Assembly: GCA_964426185.1 (NCBI GenBank)
Contig: CAYRPF010000080.1
Coordinates: forward strand, 1-13,560
DNA length: 13,560 bases
Origin: an uncultured archaeon
GTDB lineage: Archaea; Asgardarchaeota; Lokiarchaeia; Sigyniarchaeales; Promethearchaeaceae
Reading direction: 5' to 3'
Under the pieces are notes generated by a model that saw only the letters and a program-made list of their open reading frames with translations, had not been told where the DNA came from and made no database searches. How positions within the stretch are numbered: position 1 is the stretch's first letter; every line of letters starts with the position of its first letter. Below, piece by piece: positions 5,838-13,560 of the stretch. The translations under genes were made by a program, and so were the position numbers.

Positions 5838-6395
5838 ATGTCTAAACTAAGAAAACAGTATAAATTTAAAGTTCCATTATTTGGTTCTCAAAATGTGGGA
5901 AAAACTAGCCTTATCATTAGATTCATCAAGCAAACATTCTCCAGTGATTTAAAACAAACCATCGGAACAAATTTCTTGATCAAAGATGTGGAAGTTGATG
6001 GAAATGATGTGCGATTAATGCTTTGGGACATAGGAGGACAAGCTCAATTTTCATCCATGCGAAACATATATTTTAAAGGTTCTCAAGCAGCTATCGGCGT
6101 ATATGACATTACAACTCCAGAATCTCTTTTACGTCTTCCAGGTTGGATAAGTACTCTTAAAAAAGCGGCGGGAGAAATCCCTTTGGTCTTGATAGGTAAT
6201 AAAGTAGATTTAGAAGAAACAGATCGTCGGGTGGCACGATCGGATGCACAAGAACTAGCAGATCGTTTGAATGCAGTGCATTTAGAAACTTCTGCGAAGG
6301 ATGGGACGAATGTCGAGGAGATGTTTATGCAAGTAGCGCGTAAATGCTATGAACGTGCTTTAGAGATCGAGAAGGAACTGGAAGGAATAGAATAA
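5838..6395 (+). CDS. Rab-like small GTPase (Ras superfamily)
   Basis: G1 GSQNVGKTS, G2 QTIGTNF, G3 LWDIGGQ, Rab-like switch II FSSMRNIYFKGSQAAIGVYDIT, G4 GNKVD, G5 ETSAK. No C-terminal CC/CxC/CaaX motif. Confidence 0.95.
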   Translation: MSKLRKQYKFKVPLFGSQNVGKTSLIIRFIKQTFSSDLKQTIGTNFLIKDVEVDGNDVRLMLWDIGGQAQFSSMRNIYFKGSQAAIGVYDITTPESLLRLPGWISTLKKAAGEIPLVLIGNKVDLEETDRRVARSDAQELADRLNAVHLETSAKDGTNVEEMFMQVARKCYERALEIEKELEGIE

Positions 6396-6494
6396 TTCAA
6401 ATCGTAATTTTGGGACATATGAATTATCTCTTTTTACAAAGCAAAAAACGGACTTTTTTAAAAAAAATTTTAGCAGAGAAGTAGTGATTTTGGT

Positions 6495-6977
6495 ATGGAT
6501 AATCGCATTGAAAATTATAGAAAATCTTCCGAAGAGATTCGAATAAGATCTTTCGATGAATTTAAGGTGGGAGATTCGGCGCAAATCACAGTAAAGACCA
6601 GTAATGAGACTGTGGAACAATTTGGTAAATTAACCACCGATTTTAATCCCTTACACTTTAATGATGAATTTGCAGCAAAAACCGTCTTTAAGAAACGATT
6701 GGTGCACGGTGCATTCTCATCAGGTTTAATCAGCGCAGTGATTGGGATGAAACTACCTGGACCCGGTGCGCTATATTTAGATCAATACTGTAAATTTCGT
6801 AAACCGGTCTATATCGGGGATAAATTAACCGCAATAGCCACTGTGGTAGAAAAAAAAGTTAAGGAAAGGGATGGAAAACCTCCGATGAAGCTTTTAATTT
6901 TAGAAACAAACGTAAAGAATCAAAATGATGTGATAGTAACTGAAGGAAAAGCCACCATTTTAGTGCAAGAGATGTAA
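6495..6977 (+). CDS. MaoC-family (R)-specific enoyl-CoA hydratase / 3-hydroxyacyl dehydratase (hot-dog fold)
   Basis: F..LTTDFNPLH...EFA..T.FKKRLVHGA (catalytic Asp/His), LPGPGALYLDQ...FRKPVYIGD. Confidence 0.92.
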   Translation: MDNRIENYRKSSEEIRIRSFDEFKVGDSAQITVKTSNETVEQFGKLTTDFNPLHFNDEFAAKTVFKKRLVHGAFSSGLISAVIGMKLPGPGALYLDQYCKFRKPVYIGDKLTAIATVVEKKVKERDGKPPMKLLILETNVKNQNDVIVTEGKATILVQEM

Positions 6978-6989
6978 AATCACATTAAA

Positions 6990-7047
6990 CTTTTTTTCCG
7001 CATTTCTATTTTTCACTTCATATTACATGTTTTCTGATGATCTTTTT
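6990..7047 (+). terminator. Oligo-T-rich putative archaeal terminator after the MaoC gene
   Basis: T7 run followed by several T4-T5 runs immediately after the stop. Confidence 0.4.
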
Positions 7048-7073
7048 AATATAATAATAACTTACATTTTGAT

Positions 7074-8075
7074 ATGGAGGAAAATCGCCCGGCTGTAAGC
7101 GTTATTGGTGCTGGTGGATGGGGAACCACACTAGCGAATCTTTTGGCGATGAAAGGAATACCCGTGAAAATCTGGGCATATGAAGAAGAAACAGTTCGAA
7201 ATATTAATTATAAAAATGAAAACCCCCAATTTTTACCCAACATTCAACTTTCACCGCGAATATTTGCCTACACCGAATTGGAAAAAGTTATACCAAAGGC
7301 AGATATTTTGATTTTTGCCATTCCTTCAACATTTGTTCGCATGATGGCAGAAAAAATATCACCTTTATTTATTCCATCGAGGGAATACCGCTTGATTTCT
7401 GTTTCCAAAGGTTTGGAATATGAAACTTTCAAATTGATGTCAGAAATTTTACGTGAAATTTTACCGAAAAACGTCAAAATTGCCGCACTTTCAGGACCGA
7501 ATCTATCTAGGGAGGTAGCACTGGGTCAACCCACTGCCACTGTGATTGCTTCCATTCATGAAGAAATTCTACCAGATTTGGTAAATCTTTTTCATACTTC
7601 CACCTTCAAACCGTATGCTTTAACGGATGAACGCGGCATAGAAATCTGCGGAGCGGTGAAAAATATTACAGCAATTGCAGTGGGTATTTGTGATGGTTTG
7701 GGATTGGGAGATAATTCCAAAGCCAGTATTATTACTTTAGGATTGACCGAAATGAATAGAATAGGACAGCATTTTGGATGTGATCGTAAAACTTTTTTTG
7801 GAGTGGCTGGAGTGGGGGATTTAATCGCAACTTGCTCTTCAAAACTTTCGCGAAACCGAACCTATGGGCAAAAACTTGCCGAGGGAAAAACATTTGCAGA
7901 AATTAAAGAGGAAATGCATGGAATGGTGGCAGAAGGTGTTTGGGCGGCTAAATCAGTCCATCTTTTTGCCCAACAACATAATATTGAGCTGCCGTTAACC
8001 ACTCAAATCTACAAAATTTTGCACGAAAATAAACCGATGAAAGAGGCAATTTCCGATTTGCTTAATTTGATATAA
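7074..8075 (+). CDS. gpsA: NAD(P)H-dependent glycerol-3-phosphate dehydrogenase
   Basis: GAGGWGTTLA Rossmann motif, EN..FLP, SKGLE, LSGPNLSREV, GIEICGAVKN, GLGDN.KA.IIT.GL.E, G.AGVGDLIATC.S..SRN, VAEGV. Confidence 0.96.
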   Translation: MEENRPAVSVIGAGGWGTTLANLLAMKGIPVKIWAYEEETVRNINYKNENPQFLPNIQLSPRIFAYTELEKVIPKADILIFAIPSTFVRMMAEKISPLFIPSREYRLISVSKGLEYETFKLMSEILREILPKNVKIAALSGPNLSREVALGQPTATVIASIHEEILPDLVNLFHTSTFKPYALTDERGIEICGAVKNITAIAVGICDGLGLGDNSKASIITLGLTEMNRIGQHFGCDRKTFFGVAGVGDLIATCSSKLSRNRTYGQKLAEGKTFAEIKEEMHGMVAEGVWAAKSVHLFAQQHNIELPLTTQIYKILHENKPMKEAISDLLNLI

Positions 8076-8095
8076 AAGGAGGCATTGAGGTTATT

Positions 8096-8728
8096 ATGGA
8101 AGAATCGAAAATAATAGATCAGTTGGATGCGATATTTACGGAAATTCGTGCCTATTACGAGCAAATGGATAAAATTCGAGAAAAAATTCTGCCTTTACAG
8201 CGAAAAACTGTTCGGATGTGCAGTGAAATTATCAAACAAGTCCACAGGCATGAACATGAAAACATACCTTCAAAGATCGATCAGATAAAAAATCACCTCT
8301 CCCAAATGACAAGCCTAATTTCACAAGCACCCGGTATATTTCCCAAAGATTACGTTCAAATTGTTAAACAAGAAACAGGGGAAGCAATAATTTTTTACCA
8401 TATCGTTGTTCATCATTCCCTTCCAACCCCTAAAGAGTGTAACATCGAACTGGAGGATTTTGCCTATGCTTGCGCCGATGTTGTTGGAGAGATCCGCCGA
8501 TATATTTTACGATGTTTAAGAGAAGAAGACTTAACCCAAGCTTCGCATTTATTAGAGATCATGACCGAATTGTACAACTATTTATTCACATTAGACTATC
8601 CAAATGGATTAATTCCAGGATTGAGAAAAAAAATAGATGCGGCTCGTGGGATTTTGGCCCGAACTGAAGCGGATATCACCTTATCTCTCCAAATGCACCG
8701 CTTACATCATGATTTAAATTCTGCTTGA
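8096..8728 (+). CDS. Translin/TRAX (C3PO) family RNA-binding protein / endoribonuclease
   Basis: All-helical. REKIL...R...R, QETGEA, ADVVGEIRR and GLRKKID match archaeal translin-like proteins. AAGGAGG/GAGG upstream; 20 nt after the gpsA stop. Confidence 0.88.
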   Translation: MEESKIIDQLDAIFTEIRAYYEQMDKIREKILPLQRKTVRMCSEIIKQVHRHEHENIPSKIDQIKNHLSQMTSLISQAPGIFPKDYVQIVKQETGEAIIFYHIVVHHSLPTPKECNIELEDFAYACADVVGEIRRYILRCLREEDLTQASHLLEIMTELYNYLFTLDYPNGLIPGLRKKIDAARGILARTEADITLSLQMHRLHHDLNSA

Positions 8729-8761
8729 ACAATAGATGATAAAGGAGGACCTTTAGCTTAG

Positions 8762-9901
8762 ATGGATACCATCATTATTACCGGAGGATTAGGGTTTATC
8801 GGAGTTAATTTGGCTCAATATTTCGCCAGTCAGGGATACCATGTAATTTGTATTGATAATTTATCCCGTCCCGGTCCGAATTATGTCCAATCCTTAGATC
8901 AATTACCCATCAGACATTTTTATATGTCTGATAAATCGGAAAATTTACCAGATCTTTCAGCATTTCCTTTTATTCTGCAGTATATGAGAAAAAACTTCCC
9001 AACAGTCGAAATTTACCTGGAAGATATAATCAATGCAGCTGCTGTCAAAGATATAATCACTCCCTCGAATCCCCAAATGATTATCCACGCAGCAGGCCAA
9101 ACTTCCGCCATTGATTCTTACTACGACCCAATTTCAGATTTTTCCGCAAATTCAGTTGGATTGATAAATGTGCTTGAAGCCGCACGCCACTGCAAATGCC
9201 TTCCCATATTTTTATATTTATCAACCAATAAAGTCTATGGAACTAAAATCAATGAAGCATTAATTAGAGAAAATGTGGATAGATTTGAACTTGTTAGCCC
9301 TGCGAGTGGTTTTTCCGAGATCGTTGGAGTGGATCAAACATCCCATACTCCCTATGGAGTCTCAAAATTAGTGGGAGATTTTTATACTCAAGAATATGCC
9401 TACGCATTTGGTTTTCCAGCTGGTATTTTTCGCATGTCGTGTATTTATGGCCCTCAGCAATTTGGAATTGAAGGTCAAGGCTGGATTTCCTATCTAATTA
9501 TTCAAGCTCTGAAGCACCAACCAATAACAATCTTCGGATCGGGAAAACAAGTACGGGACGTGCTCTATATATCAGATTTAGTGAATTTGGTAGAGAAATT
9601 CTTTAAAAAATTACAATCAACTCCAAATTCACACAGAAAAAGAGAAGCGTATTTATTCAATGTGGGAGGTGGAATCAACAATACTCTATCCCTTAGGGAG
9701 TTAACTTATTTAATTGCTCAAGAACTCCAAGAACCCTTGCATATTGAATATGAAAAGAGCCGTCTTGGAGATCAGAAGGTTTTTATCTCAGATATTTCCA
9801 AAGTTTCCCGTGTACTACTTTGGAAACCAAAGATATCTCCTAAAGAAGGCGTAAGACAGCTGATTGACTGGACCAGATCTCATTTAAATGAATTTAAGTA
9901 A
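8762..9901 (+). CDS. NAD-dependent nucleotide-sugar epimerase (extended SDR), CDP-paratose 2-epimerase (RfbE)-like
   Basis: ITGGLGFIG, IDNLSR, HAAGQ, STNKVYG, PYGVSK (YxxxK), RMSCIYG..QFG...QGW, GKQVRDVL, FNVGGG..N.LS, R.GDQ. AAAGGAGG SD. Confidence 0.88.
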   Translation: MDTIIITGGLGFIGVNLAQYFASQGYHVICIDNLSRPGPNYVQSLDQLPIRHFYMSDKSENLPDLSAFPFILQYMRKNFPTVEIYLEDIINAAAVKDIITPSNPQMIIHAAGQTSAIDSYYDPISDFSANSVGLINVLEAARHCKCLPIFLYLSTNKVYGTKINEALIRENVDRFELVSPASGFSEIVGVDQTSHTPYGVSKLVGDFYTQEYAYAFGFPAGIFRMSCIYGPQQFGIEGQGWISYLIIQALKHQPITIFGSGKQVRDVLYISDLVNLVEKFFKKLQSTPNSHRKREAYLFNVGGGINNTLSLRELTYLIAQELQEPLHIEYEKSRLGDQKVFISDISKVSRVLLWKPKISPKEGVRQLIDWTRSHLNEFK

Positions 9902-9994
9902 AGATAAAATACCACCAGCTACTCACTAAAATTATTAACTAATTCTTTTCCAAGAATATATTTAGTAAAATAACATTTTAAAATCTGATTAACT

Positions 9995-10444
9995 ATGCGC
10001 GTTCTGGTAACTGGCTGTTTTGATATTCTACATCCCGGACATATCTTTCTTTTTCAAGAAGCTGCAAAAATAGGTGAAGTTTATGTCATTGTAGCGCGTG
10101 ATTCTACCATTGAAAAATGGAAAAAACAGAGACCGGTAATTCCAGAACTTCAGCGATTGGAAATGATAAAAGCCATCAAATATGTTACTTATGCCACTTT
10201 AGGAAATGAGCACAACAATTTTTTGGAGAAAGCTTTAAGTTTAAAGCCAGATCTGATTTTACTGGGTCCCAATCAAAAAATAAGTATTTCCAAACTAAAG
10301 GAATTATTAAGCGAAAAACATGCAGAACATATCCAAGTTCACAGATTAGAGAAACTTAATACAAAATTTCCTTTGTACAGTTCCAGTTCAATCAAAAAGC
10401 GAATTATTGAACACTACTTACAAGATCAACAAGATCATATTTGA
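9995..10444 (+). CDS. ribL: Archaeal FAD synthase (cytidylyltransferase-like HxGH nucleotidyltransferase)
   Basis: GCFDILHPGH, VIVARD, PVIPE.QR..MI.AIKYV..A.LG, KPD.I.LG..Q, SSS.IK.RI. A TagD-like G3P cytidylyltransferase is a less likely alternative. Confidence 0.75.
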   Translation: MRVLVTGCFDILHPGHIFLFQEAAKIGEVYVIVARDSTIEKWKKQRPVIPELQRLEMIKAIKYVTYATLGNEHNNFLEKALSLKPDLILLGPNQKISISKLKELLSEKHAEHIQVHRLEKLNTKFPLYSSSSIKKRIIEHYLQDQQDHI

Positions 10445-10489
10445 TAAAAGTAAGTCTTTTTACGAAATTCTGATCAATTACCATATATC

Positions 10490-10497
10490 TTTATATT
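10490..10497 (+). promoter_or_regulatory. Putative TATA box (TTTATATT) for the ATPase gene
   Basis: Lies 20-28 nt upstream of the ATG at 10518, compatible with a leaderless or short-leader transcript. Confidence 0.35.
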
Positions 10498-10517
10498 TGA
10501 TTCCTCAGTTGAAGCTT

Positions 10518-13463
10518 ATGTCTGGAAATAATGAAACTCTAGTTAAAACCTTTGATAAACCGCTATATTCAGTAAATCTATCTGAAATTTATGAGATGTT
10601 TCACGTCGATCCTCAAAAGGGTTTATCCGATAAGCAAGTGGAAATAAATTTAACAACTTATGGCCTAAATGAATTAAAAAAGGTTAAACGTTCTTTCTAC
10701 AAAGTAGTTATTGCTCCTATTATAAATCTTTTAATCATTATATACTTGGCAAGCGCGTTTTTGATGTGGATTTTAGGGGACGTACAAAGAACTATACCTA
10801 CCTTTATAATTCTCGGCGCAAATGCATTAGTCGCGATAATACAACAATTACGTGCTGAAAAACAATTACAAGCACTAAAAGAACTCAGCGAAGCTTCTAG
10901 CTATGTATTACGAAATGGAGACTATGTTGAACTTCCTACAAAAGAAATTACTGTAGGAGATATCGTAAGACTTCGGCAAGGAGATAAAATTCCCGCAGAT
11001 TGTAGGTTGATCGAAGCCAGAAATCTCTCAATCGATGAAGCTAGTTTGACTGGTGAATCCGAACCTGTAAAAAAAAGGGTTGATTTTGCAGGTTCCAACG
11101 AATTGGACTTACCCCTTCAAGACCAGAAAAATATGTTATTTTTGGGTACTTTTGTAGCATCAGGGGAAGCAAAAGCAATTGTAGTCCGGGTGGGACCTCA
11201 AACAGAAATCGGTAAAATAAGCACCAAATTGGAAGAAACCAACACGGGAGATATCCCATTACGTAAAAAAATGAATCATATTGCCATCTATTTGGGCATA
11301 GGTGTCATAATTTTGTTGATTTCTTCAGTTATATATAAATTATATATATATTCAATTCAAGGAAGATTCGTGTGGGAGCCAACAATTAGGGAAGGTATAA
11401 TAGATTCCATTGATTTGGGTATGAAAATTATGCCAATTAACCTTCCTTTGTTAACTACCATCGTTCTTTTAACTGGCGTGCTTTCAATGGCACAAAAGGG
11501 TGTTATAGTTCGTGAAATATCTAGAACAGAAAGCTTGGGGAGAGTTTCTGTAGTATGCACAGATAAAACCGGAACACTTACAAAAAATGAAATGACCGTC
11601 GTTCATGTTTGGACCCCTGCAGCAGAATATGAGGTTGAAGGAGAAGGTTATTCATATGAAGGTCGTATTGTAAAAATTCCAGAAAAAGAACAAATAACAT
11701 TGAATTCACATGATACTCATTTATCTTTATTGATAGAATCAGGGTTTTTGAATAATAATTGTCAAATTCAGAAACGGATTGTAAAAACTCTCCGAAAAGA
11801 TCAAAAAGAAAAAGTTACCTATTCAATCATGGGACTTCCAACCGAGGCTGCTTTAAAAGTCATAGGCCGGAAATATCATCCAGATATTGAAGCATTTTAC
11901 TCCAATTATAATTTTGTGTATGAATTTAGCTTTGATTCTTCCATTAAACGGATGAGTAAAATATTTCGCACACCTGAAAACACCACTTTGATGTTTACAA
12001 AAGGCGCCACGGAATGGTTATTGCCACTCTGTTCAAAATATCGAAAGAATGAAGAGGAGCTTACCATGACTGATGAAATGCGGACAGAAATTTTTGAGAA
12101 AATGAAGAGTTTTGCAACAGAAGGATACCGAATACTATCAATAACCTACCGAAAATTGACAAAATCCATACTCACGATAGATTTCGAGGCAGAAAATGCC
12201 CGAGAACATTACGAACAAGATTTAACATTTTTAGGTTTCGTGGTAATCTTAGATCCACCACGTGAAGATGTATATATGGCAGTTAAAGAATGTAAACATG
12301 CTGGAATTAAAGTTATTATGATTACTGGTGATAGCATTGCCACTGGAAAAGCAATTGCCGAAAAAATTGGAATTTATTCGCCAGAACAGGATTTGGCTGT
12401 AGAAGGCGCCGAATTAGAAAATCTTTCGGATGAAGATTTTCAACGCACTACAGTTTATGGTCGTGTATCTCCCGAACATAAGCAAATTATTGTTTCACGG
12501 TTTCAAGCCATGGATAAAATTGTTTCCATGAGTGGGGATGGTGTGAATGATTCATTAGCTCTTTCTATGGCCGATTGTGGGTTAGCAATGGGTATTCAAG
12601 GTACAGAAGTAGCAAAAGAAGCCGCAGATATGATAATTACGGATGATTCATTTAGTACTATTGTAACTGGAATTAGAGAAGGGAGAGGATTATTTATGAA
12701 AATTCGCTCCATTATTTACTTTTTTGTATTAGTTTCCGTTATGGAAGCAATAATTTTGTTTACAAGCACTCTTAACCCTGAAAATCCCGATTTTCAGATG
12801 TGGTATTATTGGCAATTGAATCTAATCTATTTAACGGCTCATTTTTTCCCATCTTTTGGTTTTACTTTCGGAAAAAACGCTCGAACAGTTATGGAAGAAC
12901 CACCCCGAAATTCAGCCGAAATTCTCACACCTAATCTCTTGAAAATACTTGTAATTCAATTAGTTTTAATGGGGGCCGCAATAGCCATCGCCTACTATTT
13001 CTGCATGTTTGATATTATACATGTTAATGATGTAAATTTAAACAATATTGGATATCCAGGATCAATAACTAATCCATATCCTAATTTACCCCCCGAAAAA
13101 GTAGAGATGCTTGTATCACCAGAGATGGTCAAAGCGCGCACCATGGGATTTCTGGTATTATTCATTACAGAATCAGTTATTATGCCTTTGCAAATTCGAC
13201 GGATTAATTATTCGCTGTTAGATTCTTTGAAAGACTTAGGTTGGTTGGAGTTTCTATTTTATATTCCTTCGTTATTAATTTTCGTGATTGGAATATACAG
13301 TCAAGAATTGCAGCAGTTTATGGGTGAAACCTTGAACATTACTTTTTACTTTACAGCATTGAGTTTCTCTGATTGGGTGATTTGTATTTTACTTTGTCTC
13401 CCAAGCACTATTGCGTTTGAAATAATTCGATTTTATGCCAGAAAAAGAAAAGTGTTGTTCTAA
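10518..13463 (+). CDS. P-type ATPase of P2 (cation-transporting, SERCA/PMR1-like) architecture with non-canonical membrane binding site; substrate unknown
   Basis: GLS...YG.NEL, GD.IPAD.R, DEASLTGES, CTDKTGTLT (Asp codon at 11562), F.S..KRMS, KGA, DPPR, MITGD, RVSPEHK, GDGVND, about 10 TM helices. The ATG at 10518 (981 aa) is preferred over the TTG at 10407, which overlaps ribL. Confidence 0.92.
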   Translation: MSGNNETLVKTFDKPLYSVNLSEIYEMFHVDPQKGLSDKQVEINLTTYGLNELKKVKRSFYKVVIAPIINLLIIIYLASAFLMWILGDVQRTIPTFIILGANALVAIIQQLRAEKQLQALKELSEASSYVLRNGDYVELPTKEITVGDIVRLRQGDKIPADCRLIEARNLSIDEASLTGESEPVKKRVDFAGSNELDLPLQDQKNMLFLGTFVASGEAKAIVVRVGPQTEIGKISTKLEETNTGDIPLRKKMNHIAIYLGIGVIILLISSVIYKLYIYSIQGRFVWEPTIREGIIDSIDLGMKIMPINLPLLTTIVLLTGVLSMAQKGVIVREISRTESLGRVSVVCTDKTGTLTKNEMTVVHVWTPAAEYEVEGEGYSYEGRIVKIPEKEQITLNSHDTHLSLLIESGFLNNNCQIQKRIVKTLRKDQKEKVTYSIMGLPTEAALKVIGRKYHPDIEAFYSNYNFVYEFSFDSSIKRMSKIFRTPENTTLMFTKGATEWLLPLCSKYRKNEEELTMTDEMRTEIFEKMKSFATEGYRILSITYRKLTKSILTIDFEAENAREHYEQDLTFLGFVVILDPPREDVYMAVKECKHAGIKVIMITGDSIATGKAIAEKIGIYSPEQDLAVEGAELENLSDEDFQRTTVYGRVSPEHKQIIVSRFQAMDKIVSMSGDGVNDSLALSMADCGLAMGIQGTEVAKEAADMIITDDSFSTIVTGIREGRGLFMKIRSIIYFFVLVSVMEAIILFTSTLNPENPDFQMWYYWQLNLIYLTAHFFPSFGFTFGKNARTVMEEPPRNSAEILTPNLLKILVIQLVLMGAAIAIAYYFCMFDIIHVNDVNLNNIGYPGSITNPYPNLPPEKVEMLVSPEMVKARTMGFLVLFITESVIMPLQIRRINYSLLDSLKDLGWLEFLFYIPSLLIFVIGIYSQELQQFMGETLNITFYFTALSFSDWVICILLCLPSTIAFEIIRFYARKRKVLF

Positions 13464-13482
13464 ATACAAAAATTAGATTAAT

Positions 13483-13560
13483 TCTTTTTTTTTAGAGTTC
13501 CCAATGAAAAAGATTTTTATTAAAAACTCTTTTTTGCTTTTTTAAGTTGTTTGTAGTTTT
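13483..13560 (+). terminator. Oligo-T putative terminator downstream of the ATPase
   Basis: T9 run at 13485-13493 followed by further T6-T7 runs. Confidence 0.5.

Noticed and set aside
6360-6620. 86-aa minus-strand ORF
   Set aside because: Overlaps the GTPase and MaoC genes antisense and crosses an A/T-run intergenic region.
7268-7477. 69-aa minus-strand ORF
   Set aside because: Antisense within gpsA.
8470-8667. 65-aa plus-strand ORF
   Set aside because: Out-of-frame overlap inside the translin gene; no support.
10407-10517. 37-codon N-terminal extension of the ATPase
   Set aside because: The TTG start overlaps ribL and the segment contains a TATA-like box, so ATG 10518 is more plausible.
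11041-11560. Two short minus-strand ORFs (72 and 67 aa)
   Set aside because: Antisense shadows within the ATPase.

Overview
AT-rich, gene-dense window that reads like an Asgard archaeon (probably Lokiarchaeia). This is inferred from a Rab-like small GTPase, a gelsolin-like domain, a longin/uDENN-like protein, archaeal-type translin and RibL, and TATA-like boxes. There are 14 probable CDS: a CysQ-CysC fusion, a CDP-alcohol phosphatidyltransferase, a small hypothetical, a gelsolin-like protein, a longin/uDENN+ACT protein, a wHTH-Yip1-like membrane protein, a 4-TM protein, a Rab-like GTPase, a MaoC hydratase, bacterial-type GpsA, translin, an RfbE-like epimerase, RibL and a P-type ATPase. Four signals stand out. 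(1) The longin/uDENN protein has a folliculin/SMCR8-like 'ARG' arginine-finger motif, is fused to an ACT-like sensor, and lies within about 2 kb of the GTPase and the Yip1-like gene, making a candidate ligand-regulated GTPase/GAP module. (2) The P2-type ATPase has lost most cation-binding residues and has PINL in TM4, which resembles the PISL motif of P4 lipid flippases. (3) G3P-lipid-type genes sit in an archaeal context. (4) The CysQ-CysC fusion is closely linked to a lipid head-group transferase. No rRNA, tRNA, CRISPR array or mobile element was recognised. All domain calls come from reading motifs by eye, not from database searches.
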